From the NCBI RefSeq assembly GCF_964204645.1, contig NC_134025.1, forward strand, positions 4,960,001 through 5,024,000: a stretch of DNA of 64,000 bases, given 5' to 3'. Shown here one piece after another: positions 13,536 through 26,000 of the stretch (position 1 is the first letter of the stretch; every line of letters begins with the position of its first letter). The stretch is from Tubulanus polymorphus. Its lineage: Eukaryota > Animalia > Nemertea. Under the pieces are notes generated by a model. The model was not told the origin of the DNA. It worked only from the letters and a program-made list of their open reading frames with translations, and made no database searches. The position numbers and the translations under genes were made by a program.

Positions 13536-14094
13536 TTTACACGCATTTTGAAAAAAAATTATTCGCCATTAAATCGTTAGACCGCTTTACGACAGCTAGT
13601 TCGTATGCTGCTATTAACATTTTTTATTTATGTAGTTCAAATATCATCATATATATCTATGAAAGCATATAATTATGATATATTTATTCAAAACTGTTAG
13701 AAAAAAAGAAGTTTTCTAGTTAAAAGGCCAAAGCAAATATCGACATTTTTGGAACGTCGTAAAGTGTGAAAGAAAATAATGTATGGTCCCGCACTACGAC
13801 TAAACTCTAACTTTTAACTCTCACCCTAATAATATTGTTTATGCCAAGTGATTGTAGTATTTTGGTTCCTTATTCTACCTTCATAAATTACACACGATTT
13901 TTACCCTTGGAATAAATCGATTGAATTGATGATATTAAAATAAATTCTATGGTCCCCGATCACGTGACAGCCTGATCGCCGGCCATATTGCCGTCAAAAC
14001 ATTCACACCCTCCAAAATCACCGATGTTTATAGCGGATTTCGCGTGTAATTATATGGCCTAGCTCGACTGAAGTTGACGGGTTAGATAGCAGTG
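13536..14094. promoter_or_regulatory. Bidirectional promoter region between SENP6/7 and PICALM
   Basis: Divergent start codons about 560 bp apart. E-box TCACGTGAC at 13960-13968 and a YY1-like GCCATATTG at about 13982, both just upstream of PICALM. Confidence 0.6.
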
Positions 14095-17000
14095 ATGTCT
14101 GGTCAGAGTATTGTAGATCGGGTCTACGCGGCCAAGTACAGTATCGCCGGTAAAGGCTTGGCAAAATCTGTTCATAAAGCGACGACTGAAGAAGTAATCG
14201 GCCCTAAGAAAAAACATGTTGACTGTAAGTTGTTGACTTCTGTTTTAACTCACTTAAACATCTTGTTGGGCCAAGCCACATTTAAGTGTAACACTCTGCA
14301 TGTATTGAAGTGTGCATAGAGTTCGGGGATTTTGGTGAGATAATGATTAAAAACATGGCAGTAAAGTATTTACATGACAGGTTTTGTCAAACTCAAATCG
14401 ACTCATCTCAGCTCAGTTCAAATATATAGTTGGTACCAGTCAGTAACCAGCAACCTGAGATACTGGTTTGAATCTTTGATATTGGATCCACAGCTATCGG
14501 GACAAGCCCCTGTGATTTAGATATTTGAGTTGGGCCCAGAAAAAGTTCTACAAGTACTTGATCGCTACGTGTACGTGTACTGCTAAATTTCTCAACTATC
14601 AAATGAGTTTCTGATTTCGGCTTCAATTTACAACAAGTGCATTTCAGAAGAATAGAATTCCTGCAGACCATTGAAACAAGTTTCTCTACTTATAGCACCC
14701 TACCTCCCATATGATATAACCGCAACTAAACTTTTACGCCTGAATGAATTTAATTTGCATTTCTTTTCCGTTTTTTTTTTCAGATTTGATTCAGTGCACT
14801 AATGAACCGAATGTATCTATTCCACATATGGCTGATCTGTTGATCGAAAGAGCTCAACATGTCAACTGGGTCGTATCATTTAAAGGTTTAACGAGCATTC
14901 ATCATTTAATGAACTATGGAAATGAGGTAGCTATCAAACAATAGCAGTATTCAACCCTGTTAATGAAATGATTCGTCTGCAGAACTGTATCTAATATTTA
15001 CAATTAATGTCTTTGTTATCAACGATTCAAATGTAAGTTAGCCTACTTTTCGTATTTAAACATTTGCCATTGGTTTCCATTTCAGAGATTCTCTCAATAC
15101 TTGGCTTCGAACAACACAAACTTTCTCTCAGAAACATACTTGGACAAGTCAACAGTTCAAGGTGAGGTTTCATCCCAAGCTACTCTTTAGAAATACAGTG
15201 TCTACAGATTTGATTAAGCTTTGTCCCAAAAACTGTTCAGGATTTAGCTGTCGTCGATATGACGAGAGGGCTTATAGATTTGCTGCTCCTTCACTTTGGA
15301 ATGTTCTGCTTAGTCATATAAATTAGGTTTACTTGTTTAGTCAAATCTTTTTAAATCAAATGTGAAAGCTTATATTTTGAAATAAAGCTGAATTAAATTA
15401 CTCTATGTTGAGTGTTCGAGCTCTGATGATCGCATTTTTGTTTTAATCTAAGACTTGCCTTATATTCTGTTAAGTGCAATGATTACATTGTAGATGTTGC
15501 ACTATTATATATTAAGGTATTAGATTATTATCACAAGATATGGCTTTATTCAGTATTTGATGTCATCTTTGCCATTTTTCAGCTCGTGATATGTCGAAAT
15601 TCATCAGAAAATATTCCAAATATATCCACGAAAAATGCGTTTCGTATCGACAAGTCGCATTTGATTTCTGTAAAGTTAAACGAGGGTAGGTATTGATTTT
15701 AGAATCTTAATCGTGAAATATTAACCCTTTTAATGCAGATTGAGATGTGAAATACTGTGTGACATGTATTTCACTTTAAGCTATTTGGCAGCATATTTAA
15801 TTCATAATCTTTGTTAGTGTCGAATTACTGCAAAAGTGCACCCAATACACAGCACTTCCTGTTAATTACAAGAAATACTTGTAATCTAATATTGTCTGAC
15901 ATAATTAGTAGTCATATAAGTCTATGGGTCATTCATTGCATGTATTGCATACAATCATTTTAATTTATTCTTGTTCGTAAGACTCTGGCATCGCTTATCT
16001 CTCATTCCCGCCTTGACATGGCTTACTCAGAGTTGCCACTTCTCCGGATTTCTCCGGAATTCCGGATTTTAAAAAAATCCAATTTCATTTCCGGATTTTC
16101 GGGAGAAGTCAAATAACCACAAAAGAAAACATCGCGAAAAAAATAAAATCAATTCGGGATTCGACCCTTAACATCAAAACGTGACGGCTCCGTAGAGGGT
16201 TCGAAAAAGCCGTATTGTGCTGCCACATAGTGGCAACAACCCCGCAGTACACGATTAAACCAAGATGACGCGACGATCGAAATCGACTGACGCTTCGTTT
16301 GTTTTTGGCTCTGGTTTATATATGAGGTATATTTGACGGAACCAATCGCTATTTGAAAAAATGATCCATAGACAGTAATGAAAGTGAGGCCTATAACGCG
16401 TATTGCGCCAGAACGCATCTCCCGGCGTTCTAATTTTAAAAAATTTTCCGGGGGAGGGCCCCCAGACCCGCCGACTTATTTTCCGGATTTTTAGCTTCAC
16501 ATAAGTGGCAACTCTGCTTACTCAATGCAACCTCGAAATGACAAATTACCTCAAAAAGACTATGACAGCCTCATAATGTGAAAATTTTGATTTAATTAGT
16601 AGTGGACCCTAAATTTCTCCGGGGAGTACCGACAAATCTACTTAAGGAGATAAAGTTTTCCAGGCTAATGATGATCATTGCATTTGACCAGGTTCGCTCA
16701 ATACGCAATGAATGTCTCTTGTACATATTACATTACATTTTGTATAGCTGCATCTTGGATAACCAATTCTATCTCTATTAGAATTGGCACCTATCTAGGC
16801 ACATCAATATAGCTATGAATCTTGCGGTCTTTAGTATATGTGAGCTGGGTTAATTATTGATCAATCAGTACACTGTGATTCCCATGGTAGCCAGAATCCC
16901 ATATGCTGCTTCAGAAATTGTAATTATTGATTTATCCGGTTAACTGAAGCAGCCAGTTTTCCGAGCAAATGTCAACGTTTCGCATATGATAATGTGATGA

Positions 17001-20000
17001 TAACAACGTTTCGCATATGATAATGTGATGATAACATTTCTTAACTCAGTCATCGATTTTTATTCTGTAACTGAATATGTCACTGATGCTCAATGGCTTG
17101 AAATCGCTTAAGCTACTTCTTCCTGTATCCCGTTATTGATTTCCTCAGCTAATATTAGTTTTATCGATATATTTACATTTTTGTTTTGGTTTACTTTTTA
17201 GGAAAGAGGATGGATTACTTCGTACTATGAATAGTGATAAAGTAAGATTGCAAATTAGTAGATAAATTATTAAGTGATAGTCTGACTGCTGCCGTCTGTC
17301 CAAATTTCAAAAGAAATCTTTTGGTTCCCCTTGCAATTATCAGGATTTTCTGGGGCACCAAATATTTTGGAGGACTTGTTCAAGTCCCCTGATTATTCCT
17401 TTTCTAATTTCTCAACATAACTATGCTTCACCCCCTCCTAATTCTGAATGATAATCTAGTCAAGAATTTGTGATTATGTTTGCTTAATTACTTTTGATGA
17501 TTTGTCTTACTATATTTTTTACATTTCTGTATGAGTAGATTTCTTATGAATTTCAGTTGCTAGAAGACTTGCCTATCTTGCAAAAACAATTAGACGCTTT
17601 GCTTGACTTTGATGTAAGTATGAAATTCTCATGAATATTTTTAAAATGTGAAGGCTTGTATATCACCCCATATTTACTTTTACCATTCATTTGTTTTATT
17701 TACAGGTTACTCCAAATGAATTAACAAATGGTGTTATAAATGCTGCATTTTTGCTGCTATTCAAAGATCTAATACGTTTGTTTGCTTGTTACAATGATGG
17801 AATTATTAATCTGTTGGGTGAGTAATCGATTAAATTATTCGATTTTTAGTGGATTGCATATTGGCTCATTCGCCTTCATATTATTTAATCTTTTTTTTTT
17901 TTTCAGAAAAATATTTCGAAATGAACAAAAAGCAATGTAAAGAAGCACTCGATTTGTACAAGAAATTTCTAGTCAGAATGGAAAAAGTATCGGAATTTCT
18001 AAAAGTCGCAGAGGTATGTAAGAACTTGGTTTCAAATAGTATGTTGCAAGACAAGTACAGATCAGTATATGGAACTTCTATAATTTGGGTGATGATTTTG
18101 TCTTTCAGAATGTAGGTGTTGATAAAGGAGATATTCCTGATTTAGCGAAGGTAAGTCCACTTCATGTTTAGATGTATTTAGCTCATTATCTTAATAGTGA
18201 AAACGTATGAACTAAAAGAACTTTCCAAAAAGTGCGGATATCATAAAATCTACTTGATTCACAGTGGATGTGAGATTTTCACTATTGTTATATTAATTAA
18301 TACATTAAGCCTTTTTTCGCTTTAGGGGCTGCAGGAAAACGCTAAGGGTGTATGTACAAATCTTTTTAAAGATTTTGAAAAAAAAAACTAATCGCAAAGA
18401 TAATCTGCATTTACATCGAGTATTAATAATCACAGTTTCATGGTAGAGGCTTATACTTACCAGTTCGTGTGCTCATGTGCCCCCTGTCTACAGGTGGATG
18501 ATTTGTCAGATATCCTCTCAGGGATTATTTCTCTTGAGGGTTTTCTCAATATATTTGGTCAGTTCTTTTAGGATTCGTTTGATAAATGGTAGTCTTTTCG
18601 CTATGCTGTAGGTCTACTTAACCAATTCAACTAACACCTACACTTTGTCTTCTCAAAATATAGTGAAAAATCTGTTTGCTCATGTGTTTTATATCAGCCA
18701 CCTAAAATTGCTTTTAAGCCTCTGCTCAAAGATCGAAGTATTTCATACTGTTGATTAATCCTGAATCTAACCTCAATAAACCAAGAAAAATCTATGCATG
18801 ATTTTCCAGATCCAAACAATAAAACTAATGTAGCTGAAATTCATAGCTTGTTTGCACTGAGAAATTTTAATGCCATGAAACCATTCACTGATAGTGATGA
18901 TGATCAATTTGTCTTCCAATTAATTCATTCTCAGGAAATGGTGAATATATGTTTACTTATAATAATCATGTAAACAGGTCTACCAGCCCTTCCTTAATTC
19001 TCGCTTGCATTATGAGAACAGATCCAGGAAAATAACGGGTATTAAAGCCAATTTTGATCACAAAATAAACAAAACAAAATTTGACTTCACATCATTTTGT
19101 AGGAAAGCTGTAGGGCGATATTCGATCCTGATGGCATCGTGAGGCTCTGCCACTGTAACAAACCCTGTCTAATCTGTTGTACATGTACCTGCGCATTCAG
19201 GCTAATTCAGGGTTTTTTGCAGGGGTATAGTCTTGCAATGTCATTAGGTTCGAATCCCTGCCGAAGGATAATGGGCATTATTGTGTAAAGATTTGGATTG
19301 CGAATTTGTTTTGTCCTGGATTTGATCCTTTTCATTACTAGGCATAAAACATTTGATTTGCTTTTGGCTGCGGCGTAGATATCATCGGACATCTTTTGTA
19401 ATAAATGAAGTATGTAGCTTGGATGATATGGATCTTTCTCTTTAATAGTGTGAGACAGTATTTTATTCTATTGTATGATACTCATGTATATATAACGCAT
19501 TAAGCCTACTGCGTAGAAATATTTATACATAGCAATAGCTATAACAAATTCCCTGCATGATACATAGTGAAGAAATACTGAATTTGTTGATGGCTCTCGC
19601 CTGTTGTTGACTTTGGTAACTGGTTTATATTAAATAAGTTGTTGGAATAATTTTGTTACAACAATTTTTGAATGAGTTGTTCTCTTCACTTACTCTTATT
19701 GTTGGGTCCTGGTTGTTTCAGAATTCATGGGACGAGGGACCCTAGTATTTCTTAGGTTATTTATATCATTCAAAGGTATAGGAAAGTGTATGAACTGTGT
19801 GTATATCTAAGCTTGATCAGCGTGGCCTGTTTTCTAAATATGCAGCCGAGCATTGTTCTTTCTACGAGACAATTGTAATAGAATAAGGTGACCAATTATT
19901 CTCTGGCAGGGTTAATAATTATTACTTATCAAACAGATCTTGTTTTTTTTTCTATTCGTTGGTATGTGATATGCTGATTTCTTCAGAAAATCTAGTGAAA

Positions 20001-23000
20001 GGCAAAAAAGAAACGCCAAATAATGTTTCAAAGCAAAACATACAGTTTCTGGCACATTTTCAAAATGAATTACATTTTACACTGAGGCTGGGTTAAAAGT
20101 AAAGTGGATGTGTTGAGTTTGTTAGTCGTATCTAATCAATCAAACAAATAAGAGGGACAATTCCCTATTTCTTTAAAGATAGAAAATAAAATAAAAGTTT
20201 AAATTTATTGATGTGAGCGATGCTGACCCAGTATGACAAAGGAGTTTTTCACATACATACATACATACATACATACATACATACATACATACATACATAC
20301 ATACATACGTTTGAAACCTGAGATACCTGATATGAAAACCATTCTGATCTGCCATCAATATGTATAGTAAGCTTACTTTTTAACTATTTTCAGGCGCCGT
20401 CAAGTTTATTAGATGCATTGGAGCAGCATCTTCTATCACTGGAGGGCAAAAAGGGTGGATCTACACCGACAGGGAGGTACGTAAAATAAAGATGAATACT
20501 ACTGGTAATCAACGATATGAATGTTGTCATTGCATGGCGCTTTATTTTCCACAATTCTCTGGTTTACAAATGATCACCACAAGCTGTACCCGCATGACAC
20601 CTGGTGGACATTTCGAATGAATGATGATTTTTTTTACATCCTCACTTGATTCGTTGTGTGCGATCTTCATTTGCTTAGCTTGAAAAAAAAAACGTTTTCT
20701 TTCTTCGTATTGAAATTATATACATGATTGCAGAAGTATTACAATTGGGTCTAAAAATACCCAGATAAGGTAGAGTACCATTGTAAGTTTTGCTTCATTA
20801 ACCCCAGTTGTAAGAATTTCGATTTACGTTGTGACTGATTGTAAACATCAAATATGATAAGAGATGACAAATTTCGCAGCAAATACTACAAGTTGTGTCT
20901 CTTACATAATTTAGATAACCAGTGACCAGTGAAGATATTTTTTCGAAAAATTCCTAGACTGCTCTAAAAATACTTCTTATCATACTAACAATAGATTATC
21001 GATATCGCTAACATTCAGTAGACTGATTACTAGTGCGTGACCTATTTCAAAGACTTATTCTAACCGAGACTTATCATGTCGCAAAAGTTATATTTTACTT
21101 ACATTAAATTTGATTTTTTTTTTCAAGTTATGCGTTATTACTCATGTTGCCTAAATTCTGTTAAAACATCATTTCCGATCAATTTTGTTCTTTTTTTTAT
21201 GCTGCATCTTAAAATGATTTCGAGCACAGATTCGTTCGTTATACGTAATGATATTTTTTGTTTCTACAGTAAACCACCTCCAGGCTTCACGGCGGCCACG
21301 AACTCATTTTCAAAAAGTGCCGCTGCCTCGAGCAGTGGAATCACAGAAGAAGATCGTCAGAAAGCTTTGGAAGAAGAAAATAGAACGATGGAACAGCTGA
21401 AGGTTTGTAATTAAACTTCAATCATAATTATCTATAAGTTTCCTCGCGTCGTTGTCCCTGTGCTTGTTTACTTGTGAACAAAATCAGGTGACTGAAATAC
21501 GGGCGCGTGTGATCGGTTTGTTAGAGTAATTCTGCGGTTTTTACGTATTCTTGTTTCAACGAATCCTGTCCGTTGTCCTGTAAAACCACTTGCTATTTCA
21601 GATGGGGCAAAGCGCAGATGATGTATGTATGATATTTTTTAGTGTTAAACAATATTTCTCTTATGGCTGGAATGTGTCGTTGAACTCAAAATTGATAACT
21701 CGTAGCGCACTGGGATCTGTCATTTCTATGCATTATTGAGGAGCAGGTGAAAAAAAATGTGATTTATAATTCAGAACGTTACGCGAGCAACATGACATCT
21801 AAAACATGAATATTAGATATTATCCTATGAAAACATCCGGTAAATGAAATGCAGAAATTGCTGTTGTAACCCGCTAGCGACTTCCATGCTTCAGGCAAAT
21901 TGATTCTGCTACAGATCTGACTATTTAACCATCTACTGTCGCAACCTCGGTGGCATTGTTCGTTCCTTTTAAGCTTGGACCTTAAGTGCGTTAAGTTATC
22001 GTACCAGAATAGTTTGAATCAAGACAGTGAATTGAAATATGTAAACATTTCAGCCATTTTAGAATTCTTGCGACCACCGTAACCATAATAGATTATTGTT
22101 TGGTTTATTTTACCATTATTAGAAATTTTTAAATGCAGATCAAGTTTTCTACCGACAATCCAAGCATAATACTGTGTGTTTTACCTTACGTACTTTATCT
22201 ATGTACGTACATACATACACCATACAAACCTTGTTACCTGGTTCCTGGTTATTTTACTGTACGTATGAGATCTTCGTTTTACGAATATCTGATCGTGCAT
22301 TTTCAAGACTGAATAATTTGTCGAATGAAACTCAGGATCTTCTGATTTCCTGAAGTAACAGATCTCATCCCTCAGTTGATTGCCGTGAAAGCAATCAGTT
22401 TTTCCCAAAACATGTACTTCCGATTTATGCGGTATAGTGCGTTAATCATAATAAGTTCTGCTCAAATTCTAAGCATTTAGAAAACTCTATTTTGTATTGA
22501 TTTCACTGTGTTTGTATTTGATTATTTCGTAACAATACCATAATATGGACTAGTTTTCACATATTTTAGATCAAACTTAGAATCGATGTAAAAGCACAAC
22601 TCCTGAAATTTATTTCTTTTTCATACGGTAGTAGCAGTAACGTATTGGACTTTCTCTAAAGAAGGCTCAATACACAGATGACTCCTTGTAAATAATAACT
22701 TGTATTGCATTGATTACGAATATTTTTTGAACATTTACGAAAACATCAAATGATTTATTTTTCGTTATATATGGATATACATGGCATATATGAATGTCAT
22801 CATATTAAAAATTGTGGCATGTTTGTTCTAAAAATTAAGCCCCTGAATTTAATACGGTTCTTCGATGAAAATCAATTTTTATTTATGTAGGAACAGCATA
22901 TTCGACAGGAGTATAATTCTCAATCATCCCCACCAATGGCATCAACCAATCCATTTGCGTCTGCCACTACATCGCCTAACCAGAACATCGACCTATTCGG

Positions 23001-26000
23001 TAGCGCTACATTCCAGAACCAGACCGGCGCCAGTGGTGCAGCTATGAGACCTAGCGATGATCTGCTAAGTTTAGGAAGTGCAGCCCCACCTGCTAGTAAT
23101 CCATTTATCTCACAACAAAGTGCCATGACGATACCTTCAGCTGCTGCGGCTCCAGTTGCATCACCAAATAATGCCTTTATGGCGCCGACAAACCCTTGGG
23201 CTTCTGCAGCTCCTCCACAGTCTGGTAAGACTTTTAATTCGATTCAAAGACATCGTTTATTGATTGCAATTGAAGAAAAAAGAAAAGCATTGGTTTATAT
23301 ATGTCTGAAATGAAAGAGCATTTCTTATCTCTCAATTTGCAGCACCTTATTCAAATTCAATGTCTAATAATAAAGAGGTGAACTTTGAAGCAGCATTTGG
23401 TGGATCATCACACACAACGCAGGCATCAGGTAAGCGTCAGAAACCATTTTATATTATACAATATGTGTTTGTTAGTGTATTATATACCAGTAGCTAGCTA
23501 TTATTGAATGTATGTGTATATCCCATTTACTCGTCACATTGCTTGGATAAGAGTTTTTCATTTGCGCGAAGTAGATAATTAGAATTTCATGAATGTGGTG
23601 CTAATTTGTTCATTTCTTACAGATATAGGAAGATTTAGGGCCAGTTCCACTACCAATGGTGTACCTCCAGGTCTGTATGCATGCCACACCATCCCTTTAA
23701 TCTCAATTAATGCACCGTTGGATGTGGCTGACAATCCCTAAAAGTTATAAACCCAGTTCCAAACTAGGTGATTATGATTTGACTGATCATTGTTTTTGCT
23801 ACATGTTGTGTGATTGGATGATGAGTACATCATTCATCGACATGCATCGGTCAAATCTTTATATAATAAAGTGAAACCTTGTTCTTTCCAACCAGTTGAA
23901 GATCAGCTTCACTGGTAAAGGGTAGAACCAGCTTTCATTATTCATATGTTCTGGAACTGGGTCTAGACAATTGCTGTGATATTTTATACAGATGTGTTTC
24001 ACAGTACGATGTAATCGCTTTCAGATGATTGTCCTGTCAAGTCGATTCATTTTGTAAAATGATAGTTTAATCAAAATGATTGACCATTCTACGATCGAAT
24101 AAATCAGTGCTATTCAGATCATCCCCGATGCTTTAGTACTTAATCACTTTAACGTCAGGATATTGAAATTTACATTGCAAATTCTTACAGCTTAAGAGAA
24201 CTAATCCCTGTACGGAATCGTTTAAATTCAATATGCCCATAGTTTTTGTATAACAACGAACTCTAGGAGTGGATTGATATGCAGTCTTGATTTCACGTTA
24301 CTTCAGCCTAGCTCAGGTCGACTTGATCACCCGAATTGATCATCGTAAGGACAGCGGTAGTATACATGTGACCGCTGATTGCTGATTCGTTTGTCTCATG
24401 GTGTTAAGAGCACTCGGGTCGACTTCAACTCAATCATTGACGTCTCTTCGTTTGTTGGGTCGCCATTTTGAACTCTTTAAGTCATGTGACGCAATACTTG
24501 TTGCTGATTAGCTATATCTGCGATCAACCCTTCGTATTTAAAGTACATTCATGTCGAAAAAGTTCCCGATTAGAAAATTGCAGACTTAACTGCTTACGAT
24601 CCAGCAATCTGATCAGATCTTATTAGTCAACCTGAGTTAGGCCTTAGTGAGGAATAGGATCTTGCAATATACCTCACTATTCTAACCAAAATGCACTTAA
24701 CAGTAAAACCTAGAAGGTAACAAGAATAATTGTGCAGGTAATGCAAAGTTTTGTCTCGAGGAGTTAAGTTTGTCTGGCATCAAGTCAGATGGTACATCTT
24801 TAACCGAGTTTTTGGGGTCGGCAAGTTCATGATTCTGTACACAAGCTTGATCAGGTGAAGCGAAATACAACACCATGCAATGCTTTCAGTAAAGAAAACT
24901 CTGGCGGTGTATTTTTTTTATTGATAGAAATATATAGCATGTTTCATGTATTCATGATATGGAATATCTTTTTGGATTTCAGGTTATTAATCTTGCGAGC
25001 ACACTCGGCAGTAATCAGCTATTTAACTTGTTGTAATCTTGCATTAATACTTAATTTTTTCTTGGTGTATCTCATAGAAATGATGAGCTCTGGTTTTGAG
25101 GAACATCTAGATCCACTTGGTACATCATCTAGCAGATCTGCTAGTCCGCGCCCAGTGTATAGTCCGTTGCCTATACCTGACTTTGGCGCGCCTCCGTTGG
25201 TAACGAGCACAGGTTGGTGATGCGGCTGTTGTTGTTTTGCGTTTTAGTTTTTCGTTATATATCAGATGATGAATAATCTTCAATATATATATATATACGT
25301 ATAGATGATCCCACAAATCCGATAAACCATAGACCTAGTTGAATATACAATATACAGTTGAATGGTCAAATTAGATATTTGTAGCATGACAGTATATTAT
25401 GTATATGTTTCTTGAAGTTTAGCACCGAGTCAATTGAATTTGTTACATTATTTAGGATTTTTCTCTGAGTTCATCATTGAATAGGCCCTCACCGAATGTG
25501 TAGCATGATATGTGCAGTAGTTGTATTAAAGCAGAAATTAGATTTCTAGGGCTGATTTTATAGAGTGATAGCTATTGAAGTAAAACCCTACCGTTTAAAC
25601 GTTCACCCACACTCTAAAACTTTGTCGTGTTTGGTTGGTAAAACTCATTATTGAATGCACTGAGAAAGATTGGTTTGGTTGCTGTTTGTAGGAGATGATT
25701 CAATAGAAAATTCCAGTCCTATTCCTAATGCCGCTACAAATCCCTTTGCGACAGGTTAGTTCTTTAATTAACAGTTTAGTTTGTGAAAATTGCTACCATG
25801 AATATTTGGTAAAAATTGGAATTTCTCCGGATTCATAGTGGATTGAATATTGTCCGTACATTGATCATTTTCCTTGAAATGATGCAGTGATATTTGATAC
25901 GGTAATACATGTATGATGCGCTTGCTTTCTAAGGATCACCCTAAACTGCCAGTACCAAGTAGTCGATATGATTATTTTCATTTGATTTTCTCGGAATTGA

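Noticed and set aside
16993-17086. Intronic C/D-box snoRNA (GTGATGA...CTGA)
   Set aside because: The C-box copies arise from a local tandem duplication. There is no terminal stem and no evident rRNA guide.
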